From NCBI GenBank assembly GCA_965112735.1, contig OZ218952.1, forward strand, positions 3,534,001 through 3,598,000: 64,000 nt of DNA, in the 5' to 3' direction. The number at the start of each line of letters is the position of its first letter. The first letter of the stretch is position 1. The translations under genes and the position numbers were made by a program. Below are positions 38,271-56,732 of this stretch, one piece after another. The notes under the pieces are model-generated. The model was given only the letters and a program-made list of their open reading frames with translations, had not been told where the DNA came from and ran no database searches. The stretch is from Phaeosaccion multiseriatum. Lineage: Eukaryota; Protista; Ochrophyta, other classes.

Positions 38271-39757
38271 CGCGCGTGTGTGTGTATGTGTGTGTGTGTG
38301 TGTGCGTATGTGTGTGTGGCATAGTGGGTGGTAGAGTGTAGCAAAGTGCAAAAAAGGGGTCAATGGGGGGGGGCACTGAGGGGTGATAGAGAGTAGGAAG
38401 GGACGAAGGACAGGACGACGATGACGTCATCTCCAGCTGAACCCGTTTTGCGTGCCTCACTCACTCCCTCCCATCACCAACCCACTCACACACGCACCCA
38501 CTCACCCACCCACCCACCAACCCACTGACCTGATGCGTAGTGTATGGCTGTATAGTTTGAGTAGTCCATCATGAGAGGGTCTGCTCCATTGTCAATGAGC
38601 AGTTCGCACAGCTCGTCGCTCCCACTGCTGGCGGCGTAGTGCAAAGGCGTGCACCCGTAACTTGCCTCGACCGCGCCGGGTAGGGCCCCGAACCTAAGCA
38701 AGAGGTTGGCCGTTCGGAAACTGAGGCTCTCGGAGTAGCAGGCGAAATGCAGGGGGCAGCACCCGCTGTCGTTCGTGGCCCGAGGGTCTGCTCCTTTACC
38801 CAGCAGAGGCTCCACCAGATCCTCGCAGTGGCACTGACAGGCGAGGATGAGAAGGGTGTTACCTTCCTGTGAGCCTTCCTTGGTGTCGATCTTGGAGGGG
38901 GGTACACTGGCGAGTGTGGCACGGACCGTTTGCTGAGCCGAGGCGTCTCCCTCGTTGTAGAAGGGCAGCAGCTCAAAGAGCATGGCGACTGCGGAGTCCG
39001 CCGCGGATTGGGGGTTGGAGTGGGAGTGGGAAGAAGAGGTGGAGGAGAGGATGTCTGCTCCGTTGGTGACGGTTACTTTGAAGGGGTCCGTACGTTCATT
39101 GCTGCTGCCTTGGCCGAAGAAGTAGCTTCCATCGTGACGCTGACCGTCGTCCCCTCCCTCCTCTTCGTCTTCGTCGGCAGAGGGGACGTAGAAGGTCCCA
39201 TCGCTGCTTGCACCAGCATCGTCGTCATGAATCTTCTCCGCTTCTTTTGGCTTCTTGTTCTTCTGCTGCTGCTGCTGCCGTTTGTGGGCCTGTTGCCGCC
39301 CGCCAGACTTTGTGTTTTGAGCAACACCTCGATCGACAAAGTTTCCGGTTTCACTACCATCGTAGCTCCCACTACTGCTACTGCTGCCTGAGTAGCTGCC
39401 TGCACTGCTGCTGCCACTGCTGCTGCTGCCAGTGTAGCTGCTCCCGCTATAGCTGTCGCTCCCGGTGTCACTGTCACTGCCACTGCTGCTCTGGTGACCC
39501 TTCTTGTGCTTGCTCGAGGATCGATGATGGTGATGGCCTTTGCCCCTTTTCTTGCTGCTCGCCTTTTTCTTCTCGCCCGACTTCTTGGGGGAGAGGCTTC
39601 CAACCATGGCAATCACCGAGTTGCGCTTGTTCCGGAGAGAGCTCACCAACGAGATGTCGCCCTCCTCCTTCCCCTTCCCCTCCCCATTGCTGCTGTCCAC
39701 CGTCCCGAACAGGCTCTTCCTCCCCCTCTCGCGCATGTTGCTCACAGACGCCCTCAT
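30733..39757 (-). CDS. Ankyrin-WW-coiled-coil protein with a C-terminal degenerate kinesin-14/KCBP-like motor (multi-exon)
   Basis: Ankyrin repeats ([28 protein letters not shown]); WW domain ([25 protein letters not shown]); long coiled coil. Neck/motor start [17 protein letters not shown]-loop region [30 protein letters not shown], terminal helix [13 protein letters not shown]. Last exon ~30840-30733. Confidence 0.75.
32561..32695. repeat. Intronic 12-bp minisatellite (CCTGCCCATATG)n
   Basis: About 11 tandem copies. Confidence 0.85.
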
Positions 39758-40182
39758 CGGCTTCGCTACTCACATGCACTTGCAATCGAAGGGCAAGAGC
39801 GTCTTGGCAGAGAGAGGAAATAAAGTATCGAGAGGGCAGGAGACGCAGCTGCTGGTGCTGCACTTCCCGCCCAGCTGTGCAATTCAGAGAGGCCTCTCCT
39901 CAGAGAGCATAGGGCCCTGTTGTTCTTGTGATGGTCTGTAGAGGGGCCTCAAGCAGGAGGATGTGCTGTTACAGATGGAGGGTTTCCGAGACCGGTTTTT
40001 CTCGCGATGTCGACTGGAAAATCCAGCTGGTCATAGAGGTAATTTGAGAGAGGGAGAGAATCGAAGAGAAGCAGAGACAAAGCATGAAGCTAGCATCCTC
40101 TGTGCCGATGGGCAGCCAATAGAGGTATCGTACTGTGCGAGCAAGAAGGCTACGCAGTCGCAAGCGAAGATATTGGTGCGCC

Positions 40183-46446
<6,264 letters not shown>

Positions 46447-47323
46447 AAGCTGAAGGAGCTCTCTGACTTGTCTTCTCGACGAAGCTGAAAGAGTTGACTT
46501 GTGCCAGCCACTCTTCCTTCTGTAAGAAGCTGAGAGAGCTGACTTGTGCCACCACTCATACTTTCTTCTATCGACATGTTGCTCGAAGTAGTGGCCGAGG
46601 AGGCTTTGCCTAGTGGCCTAATTGAGTGGGTCTATTTGGGTGATGGGGGGACGTGGGGGGTGGGGGCTATACATTGTAACCGCCTTGTCTTCATTGTATG
46701 TGTCGAGGTGGTGGGTGTTGTTGGGTTGCTGGGCCCACCCAAACCATTTATGCAACAGGGTGGGGCGAGGGAGGAGGGAGATAAGTGTAGTAGGAAGGGG
46801 GGGCGGGCGTGTAAGCATAGCAGCTGGGATGGGAAGGGGGAGAGAGAGAGAGAGAGGGGGGGGGGGGGGGGGAGGGGGAGAGGAGTGAGGGGAAGAGGGT
46901 GGGTTGTGAGGCTAGGCCTGACCCACAGGGATGGAGGCAGGACGGAGGTGTGCGATATGGGAACAAAGGGGGAGGGGAGGCGGTGCATGGGAGGGGGTCG
47001 GGCTACCCTTTTTGAGCGGGAAAGGCCGAAAGACCACTACCTACGTACCTACCTGCCTACATACCTACCTGCCTTTCTGCCTACCTGCCTACCTGCCTAC
47101 CCATCTGCTCACAGCTCATAGGGGGTCGCGGAGACTGAAGGTGTGATGCAGAGGGCGGCGTAGGTCGAGGGGAAAGGACAGACAAGAAGAGGGACAAAGA
47201 GGACGAGCGACAGGAGAATGTACAGAAGGCCCTCCCTCAGGTCTCTCTTGCTCTGGACGAGCAGTCGAGGGGAATTACGAGTAGGTCGAAATGCAACTCC
47301 ATTCGTTTCTTCATTGACTTATT

Positions 47324-49519
47324 TTAACAAAAAGAGCCTCTCATTCGCATCACCACCCTCCCCGGGTTGTATTTGTCTTCCCACACTTGGACGCCCGGCC
47401 TCTCCTGTAAGTAGGCCAGCACTGCGGGCTTGAGAACGCTGACGCCGTCCTCGCTGCCCTGGCCTCGGCCTGTGATGACTTGGATCTCACCCTCCATCTT
47501 CTCCACGGAGAGCACGTGACGAAGCGCTGCCTTGCTCGTTCCCCTGCTGAAGTCGTGCAAGTCCATCTCCTGCCCCCCTTTCTTCCAGTGATTGAAGAAC
47601 CCTTGCGATACGGCCTCTGCGTACAGCTCGTCAGCAGCCTCCTCCTCTCCACCCTCCTGCAGAGCATCAATAGCGGCGCTGTAGCTGATCACATTAGGCG
47701 TGAGACCTACGGCCTTCATCTCACTCAACAGCTTCAGGGCCTCCACGCTGTTGTTGTCGTTGCCACATGCAGTAATGGCTGCATTGTAGCTGATCACAAC
47801 AGGCTTGAGACCTACCGCCTTCATCTCACTCAACAGCTTCAGGGCCTCCACACTGTTGTTGTCGTTGCCACATGCAGTAATGGCTGCATTGTAGCTGATC
47901 ACATCAGGTTTGAGACCTACGGCCTTCATCTCATTCAACAGCTTCAGGGCCTCCACGCTGTTGTTGTCGTTGCCACATGCAGTAATGGCTGCATTGTAGC
48001 TGATCACGTTTGGCTTGAGATCTGCCGCCTTCATCTCATTGAACAGCTTCAGGGCCTCCACGCTGTTGTTGTCGTTGCCACCTGCAGTAATGGCTGCACT
48101 GTAGCTGATCACATCAGGCTTGAGACCTACGGCCTTCATCTCACTCAACAGCTTCAGGGCCCCCACGCTGTTGTCGTTGCCACATGCAGTAATGGCTGCA
48201 TTGTAGTTGATCACATCAGGCTTGAGACCTGCCGCCTTCATCTCATTGAACAGACGCAATGCTTCCACGCTGTTGTTGTCCTTGCCACATGCAGTAACGG
48301 CTGCACTATAGCTGATCACATCAGGCTTGAGACCTACGGCCTTCATCTCACTCAACAGCTTCAGGGCCTCCACGCTGTTGTTGTCGTTGCCACATGCAGT
48401 AATGGCTGCATTGTAGTTGATCACATCAGGCTTGAGACCTACCGCCTTCATCTCACTCAACAGATGCAATGCCTCCACGCTGTTGTTGTCGTTGCCACAT
48501 GCAGTAATGGCTGCATGGTAGCTGATCACAACAGGCTTGAGACCTGCCGCCTTCATCTCATTGAACAAGCGCAATGCCTCCACGCTGTTGTTGTCGTTGC
48601 CACATGCAGTAATGGCTGCATTGTAGCTGATCACGTTTGGCTTGAGACCTGCCGCCTTCATCTCATTGAGCAGCTTCAGGGCCTCCACGCTGTTGTTGTC
48701 GTTGCCACATGCAGTAATGGCTGCACTGTAGCTGATCACATCAGGCTTGAGACCTACGGCCTTCATCTCACTCAACAGCTTCAGGGCTTCCACGCTGTTG
48801 TTGTCGTTGCCACATGCAGTAATCGATGCGTTGTAGCTGATTACATCGGGAGCAAGTCCTTCTGCCTTCATTTCCCTCAGTAAACCCAATGCCTCCACGT
48901 GTTGGTTGTTGCTCCGGGCGCATGCGTCAATGGCGGCGCTGTAGCTGATTACGTCGGGAGCGAGTCCTTCTGCCTTCATCTCCCTCAGTAAACCCAATGC
49001 CTCCACGTGTTGGCTGGCCCTGGCGCATGCGTTAATGGTGGAGTTGTAGCTGATCACGTCGGGAGTCAGTCCTTCTGCCTTCATCTCCCTCAGTAAACCC
49101 AATGCCTCCACGTGTTGGTTGTTGCTCCGGGCGCATGCGCCAATGGCGGCGCTGTAGCTGATTACGTCGGGAGCGAGTCCTTCTGCCTTCATCTCCCTCA
49201 GTAAACCCAATGCCTCCACGTGTTGGCTGGCCTTGGCGCATGCGTTTATGGTGGCGTTGTATGTGACCACAGTTGGGCTGAAGCCTTCCTTCTTCATCTC
49301 TTCCAGAAGTGCCAATGCGCCCTTCCACCGCCCGCTCTTCCCAATCGCGCTAATCGCAGCAGTCATACAGTACATACTGGGCTTGAGGCCCTCTCGCCGT
49401 GCGTGCTCCAGAGTAGGTGCCACCCTCTTCCAATCTTTCTTCCTCCCAAGTTCCTGGATCTCCCTCATGAGCTGCGCCTGCCTCGACTTCTTACTTCCCC
49501 CAGTAGAGTAGCAGGACCA

Positions 49520-49557
<38 letters not shown>

Positions 49558-49654
49558 TCTGTTGATGGAGAGTAGAGTCAGCACGCCTTAATTTGCCAAT
49601 GCAGGAAGAGTAGCAGATTCTGACCACCCCCCTCAACGATATCGCTCTCATCAT
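47324..49654 (-). CDS. Intronless PPR-SMR protein (copy 2), probably mitochondrial
   Basis: The presequence is paralogous to copy 1 (MMRAISLRGVVRICYSSCIG). There are 17 PPR motifs: 4 of class A (49270-48845) and 11 of class B (48844-47693), plus caps. SMR domain MDLHDF...QVITGRGQGS...NPGRVV. Confidence 0.92.
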
Positions 49655-49805
49655 CGCCCTTAACGTCTCTCTCCCTCTCGCTCTCTCTCTCTTTCTCTCT
49701 CTCCCTATTTTTACTGCACTCAACTACGTATAATTTTTGATGGGGGGCGGAGGACCAACACGTGCTCATTTCACGATTCACCCCCTCCTTCCCCACATTC
49801 TCGAC
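49655..49805. promoter_or_regulatory. Putative bidirectional promoter between PPR-SMR copy 2 and the mTERF gene
   Basis: Only 151 bp separate the divergent ATGs. The interval contains the 15-mer ACGTGTTGGTCCTCC (minus strand, 49749-49763), which also lies upstream of PPR-SMR copy 1 (25248-25262). Confidence 0.5.
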
Positions 49806-50528
49806 ATGGTGAAAGTCTCGAGCTGCGTGGTTGCGTCCGTTGCGGTGACAAGCTGCTCGGCTCTACGGTCCGCCACCACGACCACGAGAGACTGCAGGCG
49901 CTCATCCAGACTTCGAGGACGAGCGTCGAAGGAAGTCGAGGCGTGGCCGTGTGAATGGGCTGCATCGAGGCCGAGGAAAGGGCGGCGCAGACAGAGGCCT
50001 GAATCTTTGTCGGGGAACAGGGAGAAGTCGGGGCGTAGCTGGAGCTTTGCGCTCCATCGGCAGCAACAGCAACACGCTCACGTCCAACAGCACGAGGAGG
50101 GGAGAGAGGAGGGGGGGGGAAAGGAGCTGCTCACCGCCACCATAGCACCACAAGCCAGGGTCCAGCAAATGTGGCGGGGAGCCCCACCGCACCATCAGCA
50201 GCAGCAAGCCTTGCCAAGGAAACAAGAAGAAGATGAAGAAGTGCTTCTATCACGCCAACAAGTCCAAATTCTGAGGGAAGGTGGAGTAGTGGGAGCGACG
50301 GAGGACAGACAGAGCGAGTACAGGATGAGGAACGTGGAGCTGTTCTTGCTTGAAAGGGGCGTGTCTCAGCAGGAGCTTGGGCGCGTACTGCTCACTCTGA
50401 ATCAGGACGAGAGACTGCGCACAGATGTGCGGTACCTGGCCCGGAGAACACACTCACTTGCAAGGGCGTTAGACGCAGCCGTCACCTGGACGAATAGGAG
50501 CAGCAGCAACAACGGTAGCAGCAGTAGC

Positions 50529-50584
<56 letters not shown>

Positions 50585-53500
50585 CAGCAGCAGCAGCAGC
50601 AGCAGCAGTGGCCTCGAAACGGACACCCACGAGCCTGTGAAACCCTATCGCCTCCTCGTCTCGGAGCCGCGCCTGCTCTTACTGGACAGAGCTACCCTCC
50701 TCCCCAACAGACTGGTGGCCCTGCAGACTCTGCTTCCAGCGCTCTTCTCCTCCTCCGCCTCAGCTGCGGCCGCCGCGCCCCTGCTCCTCTGGGACGTGGA
50801 CACCACCATCGCAGCGCGGCTTGAGGGGCTGGAGAGTGCACTGAAGCTCTCGCTCCCTCTCCCGTCTCATTCCTCTCCCTTGGCCAGCTCCGACCACGAC
50901 ACAGCTGGAAGGGACGGTGGGGCGGCGACAGGGGGAAAGTTCGCAGCAGTGACCGACAATGAGGTAGCAGCAGCACGAGCAACAGCAGCAGCAGTAGCGA
51001 CAGCAGTAGCAGCATCAGCAACTGGTGATACAGACAAGGAGGCAGCAGCGGCAGCAGCAGCAGCAGCAGCAGCAGCCGCCGTGGCAAGGCTGGTGGTGGA
51101 GAGGGCCCCCTGTGTGCTTGGACACAGCTCAGAGGCGGTGCGGTATTCGGTGGAAGGGCTCCTCGAGCTGCTGCCGGGGCTTAGGGTAGAGGCTGTGCTG
51201 GCAGAGAACCCGGCGGTGAGTGGGGAGGGGGGGGGGGGGGGCGAGGCGGCGACGAGTGGGGGCCTGGTCGTCCATGCCATTCGGTTATAAAAAGCCAGCT
51301 CGTTTGAATGTGTGTGCATGTGTGTGCGTGTGTGTGCGGGAGTGTGTATTGAGGGGGGGTTATGTCCTTTCTATCTGTATTGAGGGGGGTGATGTCCTTT
51401 CTTCGCACGAGCCTCTGTTGAGGCCGTTTTCCCGTGTCCTGACCCGCCTATCCTCTCTTGTCTACCCCCCCCCCCCATCTTCTCTCTACCCACCTATCTA
51501 TCAATCAATATATCAATATCCCTCCTCCTCCTCCTCCTCCTCCTCCTCCTCCTCCTCCTCCTCCTCCTCCTCCTCCTCCTCCTCCTCTTCCTCCGCCTCC
51601 TCCTCCTCCTCCTCCTCCTCCTCCACGGCCACCCCTCTCTCTACTTCTCTCCTGTCAGGTGCTGAGGTACGGCCCCGCGTGGCTGGCGACTCAGGTGCAA
51701 GCACTGGGAGAGGCACTATGGGGGGAGAGGCAATGGCAGCGGATGGCACAGCAGGAGGAGGAGGAGGGCACGGTGGGGCGTGTTAGGCGCACAAGATCAG
51801 CCGCGACAGCAGCAGCACAGAGGGGAGGAGAAGGAGGAGGAGGAGGAGAAGGAGGAGGAGAAGGAGGAGGAAGAGGAGGAGGAGGCGGCGGCGGAGGAGC
51901 AAGAGAAGCAGAAGCAGCAGCAGCAGGAGGAGGAGAAGGAAGAGGAGGCGCAGGTAGCAGTCAAAGCACTCGCAGCAGCAGCAGCAGCAGCAGCAACACG
52001 CCTGCGAGTGGTCTGGAGCAGCTTGCACGGGTGGTGAGTCTGAACCCCGCCTTGCTGACGATGGACGTGGAGCGCTCTCTGAAGCGGCGCATTGTGCAAA
52101 TGGAGGCAGTGCTTCCTGGGGCCGACATCCCTGCACTCGTGCGGGCGCTTCCGAGCCTGGGTACTACCAACGTGCGCAAGACGCTCTCGCCAAAGGTGAG
52201 TGAGAGAGGCGGCTTGTTGACGGGCAAGGACTCACACGGTCCACAAGTATATGTCAGGGGGGGGCAAAGGATCGTTCTCCATCCTACTTGTGGTCTGCCC
52301 TGCTCTGCCCATATGCCTCTGCCCTTCCTCGCCCTTTGCCCCTTTTTCCTTCTCTGTTGCTTTCGTCCAATGGGGCTCTGTTATATGCCTGCCCGAAACC
52401 CCCTTCCCTCTTCTTTCTCTCCCATATACCTCCACCTACTCACCTTCCATCCCCACCTCACACATCCACCTTTTCCTACCCCCCGCCACATCCCAAACTC
52501 ATCCCCCAATACCCGATACCCAATACCAATAAGATCCGAGCTCTAAAGCAGCTCCTCCCCGGCGAGGACCCGGCCATTGTCGTGGCTCGACACCCCAAGC
52601 TGCTGAGCAACAGTGCCACAACCACCAGCAGCAAGGTTCGACGATTGCAGAGCATGCTGCCCCCCGGGGTGGACGCCTCCGCCCTGGTCAGCCGCCAGCC
52701 TCAGCTGCTACAGTACGACATGGATGACACGATGCCACTCAAGCTTGCCAGACTCGCTGACATACTACGGCAGCGGGCGTGCTGTGGAAGTGGTGATGAT
52801 GGTGGTGGTGGTGGCGCTACTGCTGCTGCTGGTGCTTCAGCTGCTGGTGCTTCAGCTGCTGGTGGGGGTGGTGGTGGCAACGGCAACGGCAACGGCAACA
52901 CGAAGACGAGACCGGGCGACGCGTCGTTACCCTCATCCTCCTCCTCCTCCTCCTCCTCCTCCGCAGAGCTGCTGGGGGAGATGCTTGTGCGATGTCCTCA
53001 GCTGCTCTCATACAGCACCTTCACCCTCGCGCACAAGGTAGAGGGCTTGTCCACGGCCCTGCCTCCTCGGGCCTTGGCTGCGTTGCTGTTGGAGGTGCCG
53101 AGGGCGTTGACGCTGTCGGTGGAGGGGACGTTGCTGCCGAGGATTGCGTGCTTGAGAAGGTTGCTGCCTGAGGTGCCGGTGGGAGATCTCATCGAAGGTA
53201 AGGGAAGGGAGGGAGGGAGGGAGCAAGGGAAGGGAGGAGGGAGGGAGGGAGGGAGCAAGGGAAGGGAGGAGGGAGGGAGGGAGGGAGGGAGGGAGGGAGG
53301 GAGGGAGGGAAGGGAGGAGGTAGGGAGGGAGGGAGGGAGCAAGGGAAAGGAAGAGGGAGTGAAGGAAGGGAAGGGAGGGAAGGGAGGGAAGGGAGGGAGG
53401 GAGGGAGGGGCTGTCGTGCTCTTACATCATGTCTTTTGTCTTCTATTTACAGTGGACCCCTCCTATCATAGGCTTACTCTCTCTCTCTGCTCTTTCTCTC

Positions 53501-54056
53501 TCTCTCTCTCGTGTGCGTGCCTTCCTCCCCCGCGCATCTCCCCTCCCCCCCCCTCCTTCCCTTCCCTTCCCTCTCCCCCTCCACACACCCACGGCAGACA
53601 CCCCCATGCTACTCACTCGCAACGAGGACCATTTGGAGCGACAGATGGAAGGCCTGGAGCGTCTCTTTGGCGACGACGCATTTCCGGGCCTGGATGTGCA
53701 ACACATGGTGCATCTGGCCCCGATGCTCCTGGGGGTGAGGCTGGATACCTTACGCTTGAAGCTCGCTCTGGCGGGGCACTTGCTCGGAGGGGTAGCAGTT
53801 AGCGATACGGCACCAGCACCGGCAGCAGAAGCAGCAGCAGCAGCAGTGGTAGTTGGTGGTGCGGCAAAAGTAGCAGCAGCAGAAGCAGGAGCAGCAGCAG
53901 CAGCAGTGGTAGTTGGTGGTGCGGCAGAAGTAGCTGCAGCAGGAGCAGCAGCAGCAGGAGGAGGAAGAGGATCAGCAGGGACTTACTGGCAGTCTTCAGG
54001 CCTCGACACTATGGACCAGCAGCGGCGGCGGCGGCACCACAACAACAACCATCACC

Positions 54057-54088
<32 letters not shown>

Positions 54089-54910
54089 GAGGAGGAGGAG
54101 GAGAAGGAAGGGGAGGAGGAGAAGGTCCTGTTGCTGCCACTTTTCCTCGAGGAATACCCCAAACTGCTCTGCTACAACGCGGCAAGGCTGCTGAGATTTG
54201 TTTTCGTGCAGAATGAGCAACAGCAGCAGCAGAGCATGACAGAGATAGAGGTCAAGGCAAAGGCAGGGACAGGGGTAGAGAGTGGTGGTGTGGTTGGGCT
54301 CAGTCAGGGGTACCCAACCTCCCTCACGTGCTTGGGTGAGGCGGTGGGCCTCCTTCGATTGCAAGCCGTGGAGCTCGTGGAACGGTACCCTGCGTACAGA
54401 ACGTTCCTCGCCGGCAGGGTAGACAACATCGAGGCGCTGCTTCTTCCACAGCAACGGCAGTTGGTGATAGGGCAGAAGGGGCAGCAGGGGCAACAGGGTA
54501 GTGCATCGCGTGAGGATGAGGGTCAGGATCAGGGTCAGGGTCAGGATCAGGGTGAGGATCAGGGTCAGGGTCAGGGTCAAGATCAGGGTCAGGGTCAGGA
54601 TCAGGGAACAGCGCTTTTCTTTGGGGAAGAGTGCGCTGCAACAACGAGCAGCAGCAGCAGCAGCAGCGATGGGCAGAGAAGCAGAGGAGGCGACAGAGGG
54701 GGGGAAGACTCGAGGCCCATCAGAGAGGAGGATGCAGGGACGGATCATACTACTGCTGTATCACCAACTGCTGCTGCTGCTGCTACTGAGGTGTTTCACA
54801 TGGAGAAGAAGCTGGGGAGGCTCATAAAAAAGGCGGCTGAGCAGTGCGGGACTGATGCGCTCGTTCAGTGCCTTCTCACTGTGACACACACCCAGGCCTC
54901 TTACAAATGA
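49806..54910 (+). CDS. mTERF-repeat protein, organelle-targeted (4 exons)
   Basis: Recurrent mTERF-like units VVARHPKLLS, LVSRQPQLLQYD, LVRCPQLLSYS, LLEVPRALTLS, VHLAPMLLG, LEEYPKLLCY. Exons ~49806-51215, 51659-52195, 52534-53197 and 53598-54910. Confidence 0.75.
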
Positions 54911-55327
54911 GTAAGCTACGTATGTAAGTAACCCCATGCAGGGGGCGGTTTCGGCCCCACCAAATCTCGCACTTGTGCCCAAGCCCTGGTTCAAAGCAGG
55001 ACGTACTTACAGCTTAGTGAGAAGCAGCGAATAAAAGGAGAGTTGACCCGTACTTACAGCTTAGTGAGAAGCAGCGCTATTAAAGGATACAGCTGACCCG
55101 AGGGAGGGGGTGGCCCTGTAGGGCAGCTGACCCTTCCTCTGTCTCTATCTCTCTCTCTCGTCTCTCTCTGGGTCTCTTTATATCTCAGCGAAGGACAAGT
55201 GATCCCGCCCGCCCGCGCTCTCCAGCGCTTGCCAGGCCTTGACCCAGACGATATCACCCCCCGCCTTGCGGCCGGCCCTCCCTCTCAGCAGCTTGGGGTG
55301 GTAGGGCGGTGCTTTGAGGAAGTCCTT

Positions 55328-55466
55328 CCACTAAAAGACAATAGATGGCACCCAAAGGCTGCATACAATATACGCTCCACTAAAAGATGGCACCCAAAGC
55401 TGCATATAATACGCTCCACTAAAAGATGGCACCCAAAGGCTGCATATATATACCCTCCACTAAAAA
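55328..55466. repeat. ~40-bp tandem repeat, about 3.3 copies
   Basis: CCACTAAAAGATGGCACCCAAAGGCTGCATA... units. A separate ~27-bp direct repeat lies at ~55003 and ~55050. Confidence 0.8.
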
Positions 55467-55667
55467 GCTCAGCTGCTCTTCGCTGAGATGTCTCATGTTT
55501 TATTTTCTAGTAAAGTGATCCTCACCATCCTCCGTAGGGCGGGCTGACACTCCGTGGGTCTTCCTGCGTGCAGAGAGAGTGCGCAACAAGGGGCGCTGTG
55601 GCGTACCTTTCGTTCAACTCCAACTCCGACCCTCTCGAGGTGGGACAAGGACAAGAGTTCGGCGCTG

Positions 55668-55961
55668 TTGGCCTGCCTTCATTGGCTTGCCTGCATTGGC
55701 CTGCCTTCATTGGCCTGCCTTCATTGGCTTGCCTTCATTGGCCTGCCTTCATTGGCCTGCCTTCATTGGCCTGCCTTCATTGGCCTGCCTTCCTTGGCTT
55801 GCCTTCATTGGCCTGCCTTCATGGGCCTGCCTTCATTGGCCTGCCTTCCTTGGCTTGCCTTCATTGGCCTGCCTTCCTTGGCCTGCCTTCATTGGCCTGC
55901 CTTCATTGGCCTGCCTTCCTTGGCCTGCCTTCATTGGCCTGCCTTCATGGGCTTGCCTTCA
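55668..55961. repeat. 14-bp minisatellite (TTGGCCTGCCTTCA)n, about 21 copies
   Basis: Intergenic tandem array with few variants. Confidence 0.9.
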
Positions 55962-56079
55962 CATCGTGATGAGTCTCCATGTCCCCTCGCCTACGCCACC
56001 AAGTAGTATCAAGGGGTGGAATGAAGCTGGAAGGGTCTTGCCTGGCCAATTCTGATCCTCCTTACGCCCTCCTCCCTCC

Positions 56080-56113
<34 letters not shown>

Positions 56114-56732
56114 TCTGCGTGTGCGTGTGTGTACCGCTTGACCTCTGAACTTGGCTGACGCTCTCAGGGTGAAATGAGTCAAGCAGTAGCTCCCAAGACA
56201 GAGGGCTTCAGACGAGCTTTGGTTTGCCCTACGAGGCATGCACCACACGGCCTGCCTGTAAGCAACGGCCCGTCCGCTTGGGGAACTGTTGCCCCTCTTG
56301 CCCTTGGCGGACGGGCACAACACCACATCGCCTGTCGCTTTGGCTTATCACTCGCTCCAGAAGCACGCCAGGGGGCGACGCACGGACTGAGGCAGCACCT
56401 CCAGCTGGATCACCAACCGCTGCTCCACATGCTGCTGCTGCTGCTGCTCTGGACCTTTCTTGTCGTACAAAGTCTTCTCCACTGGGTGGACAGGGGAAGA
56501 GCGAAGGGAGAAGAGAGAGAGCAGGCCTTGTGGTCGATGCTGGCCAGTCAGAGAGAGAGCAGGCCCATGCTGGCCAGTCAGTCAGTCACCGGAGGAGAGC
56601 GCCTGCTGCTTGAGACCGGGCGGCCGCGTGTCCAAAACAAAGGCGGCACCTGCTCATCTGCCCTATGCCATGAAGTACGTCACACGGACGTGCGTCACTA
56701 CCTCGATTTATCACGACGCACACACACTCCCC

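Noticed and set aside
47480-48883. 467-aa repetitive ORF on the + strand
   Set aside because: Antisense shadow of the PPR array; the repeat unit happens to lack stops in that frame.
54940-55000. tRNA/SINE-like hairpin with GGTTCAAA
   Set aside because: No cloverleaf or valid T-stem can be formed, and there is no A-box.
55328-55466. CRISPR-like ~30-bp repeats with short variable linkers
   Set aside because: The linkers are ~10 bp and similar to each other, so this is an ordinary tandem repeat.
55554-56055. ORFs with LACLHWPAFIG repeats in all three frames
   Set aside because: Products of a 14-bp minisatellite.
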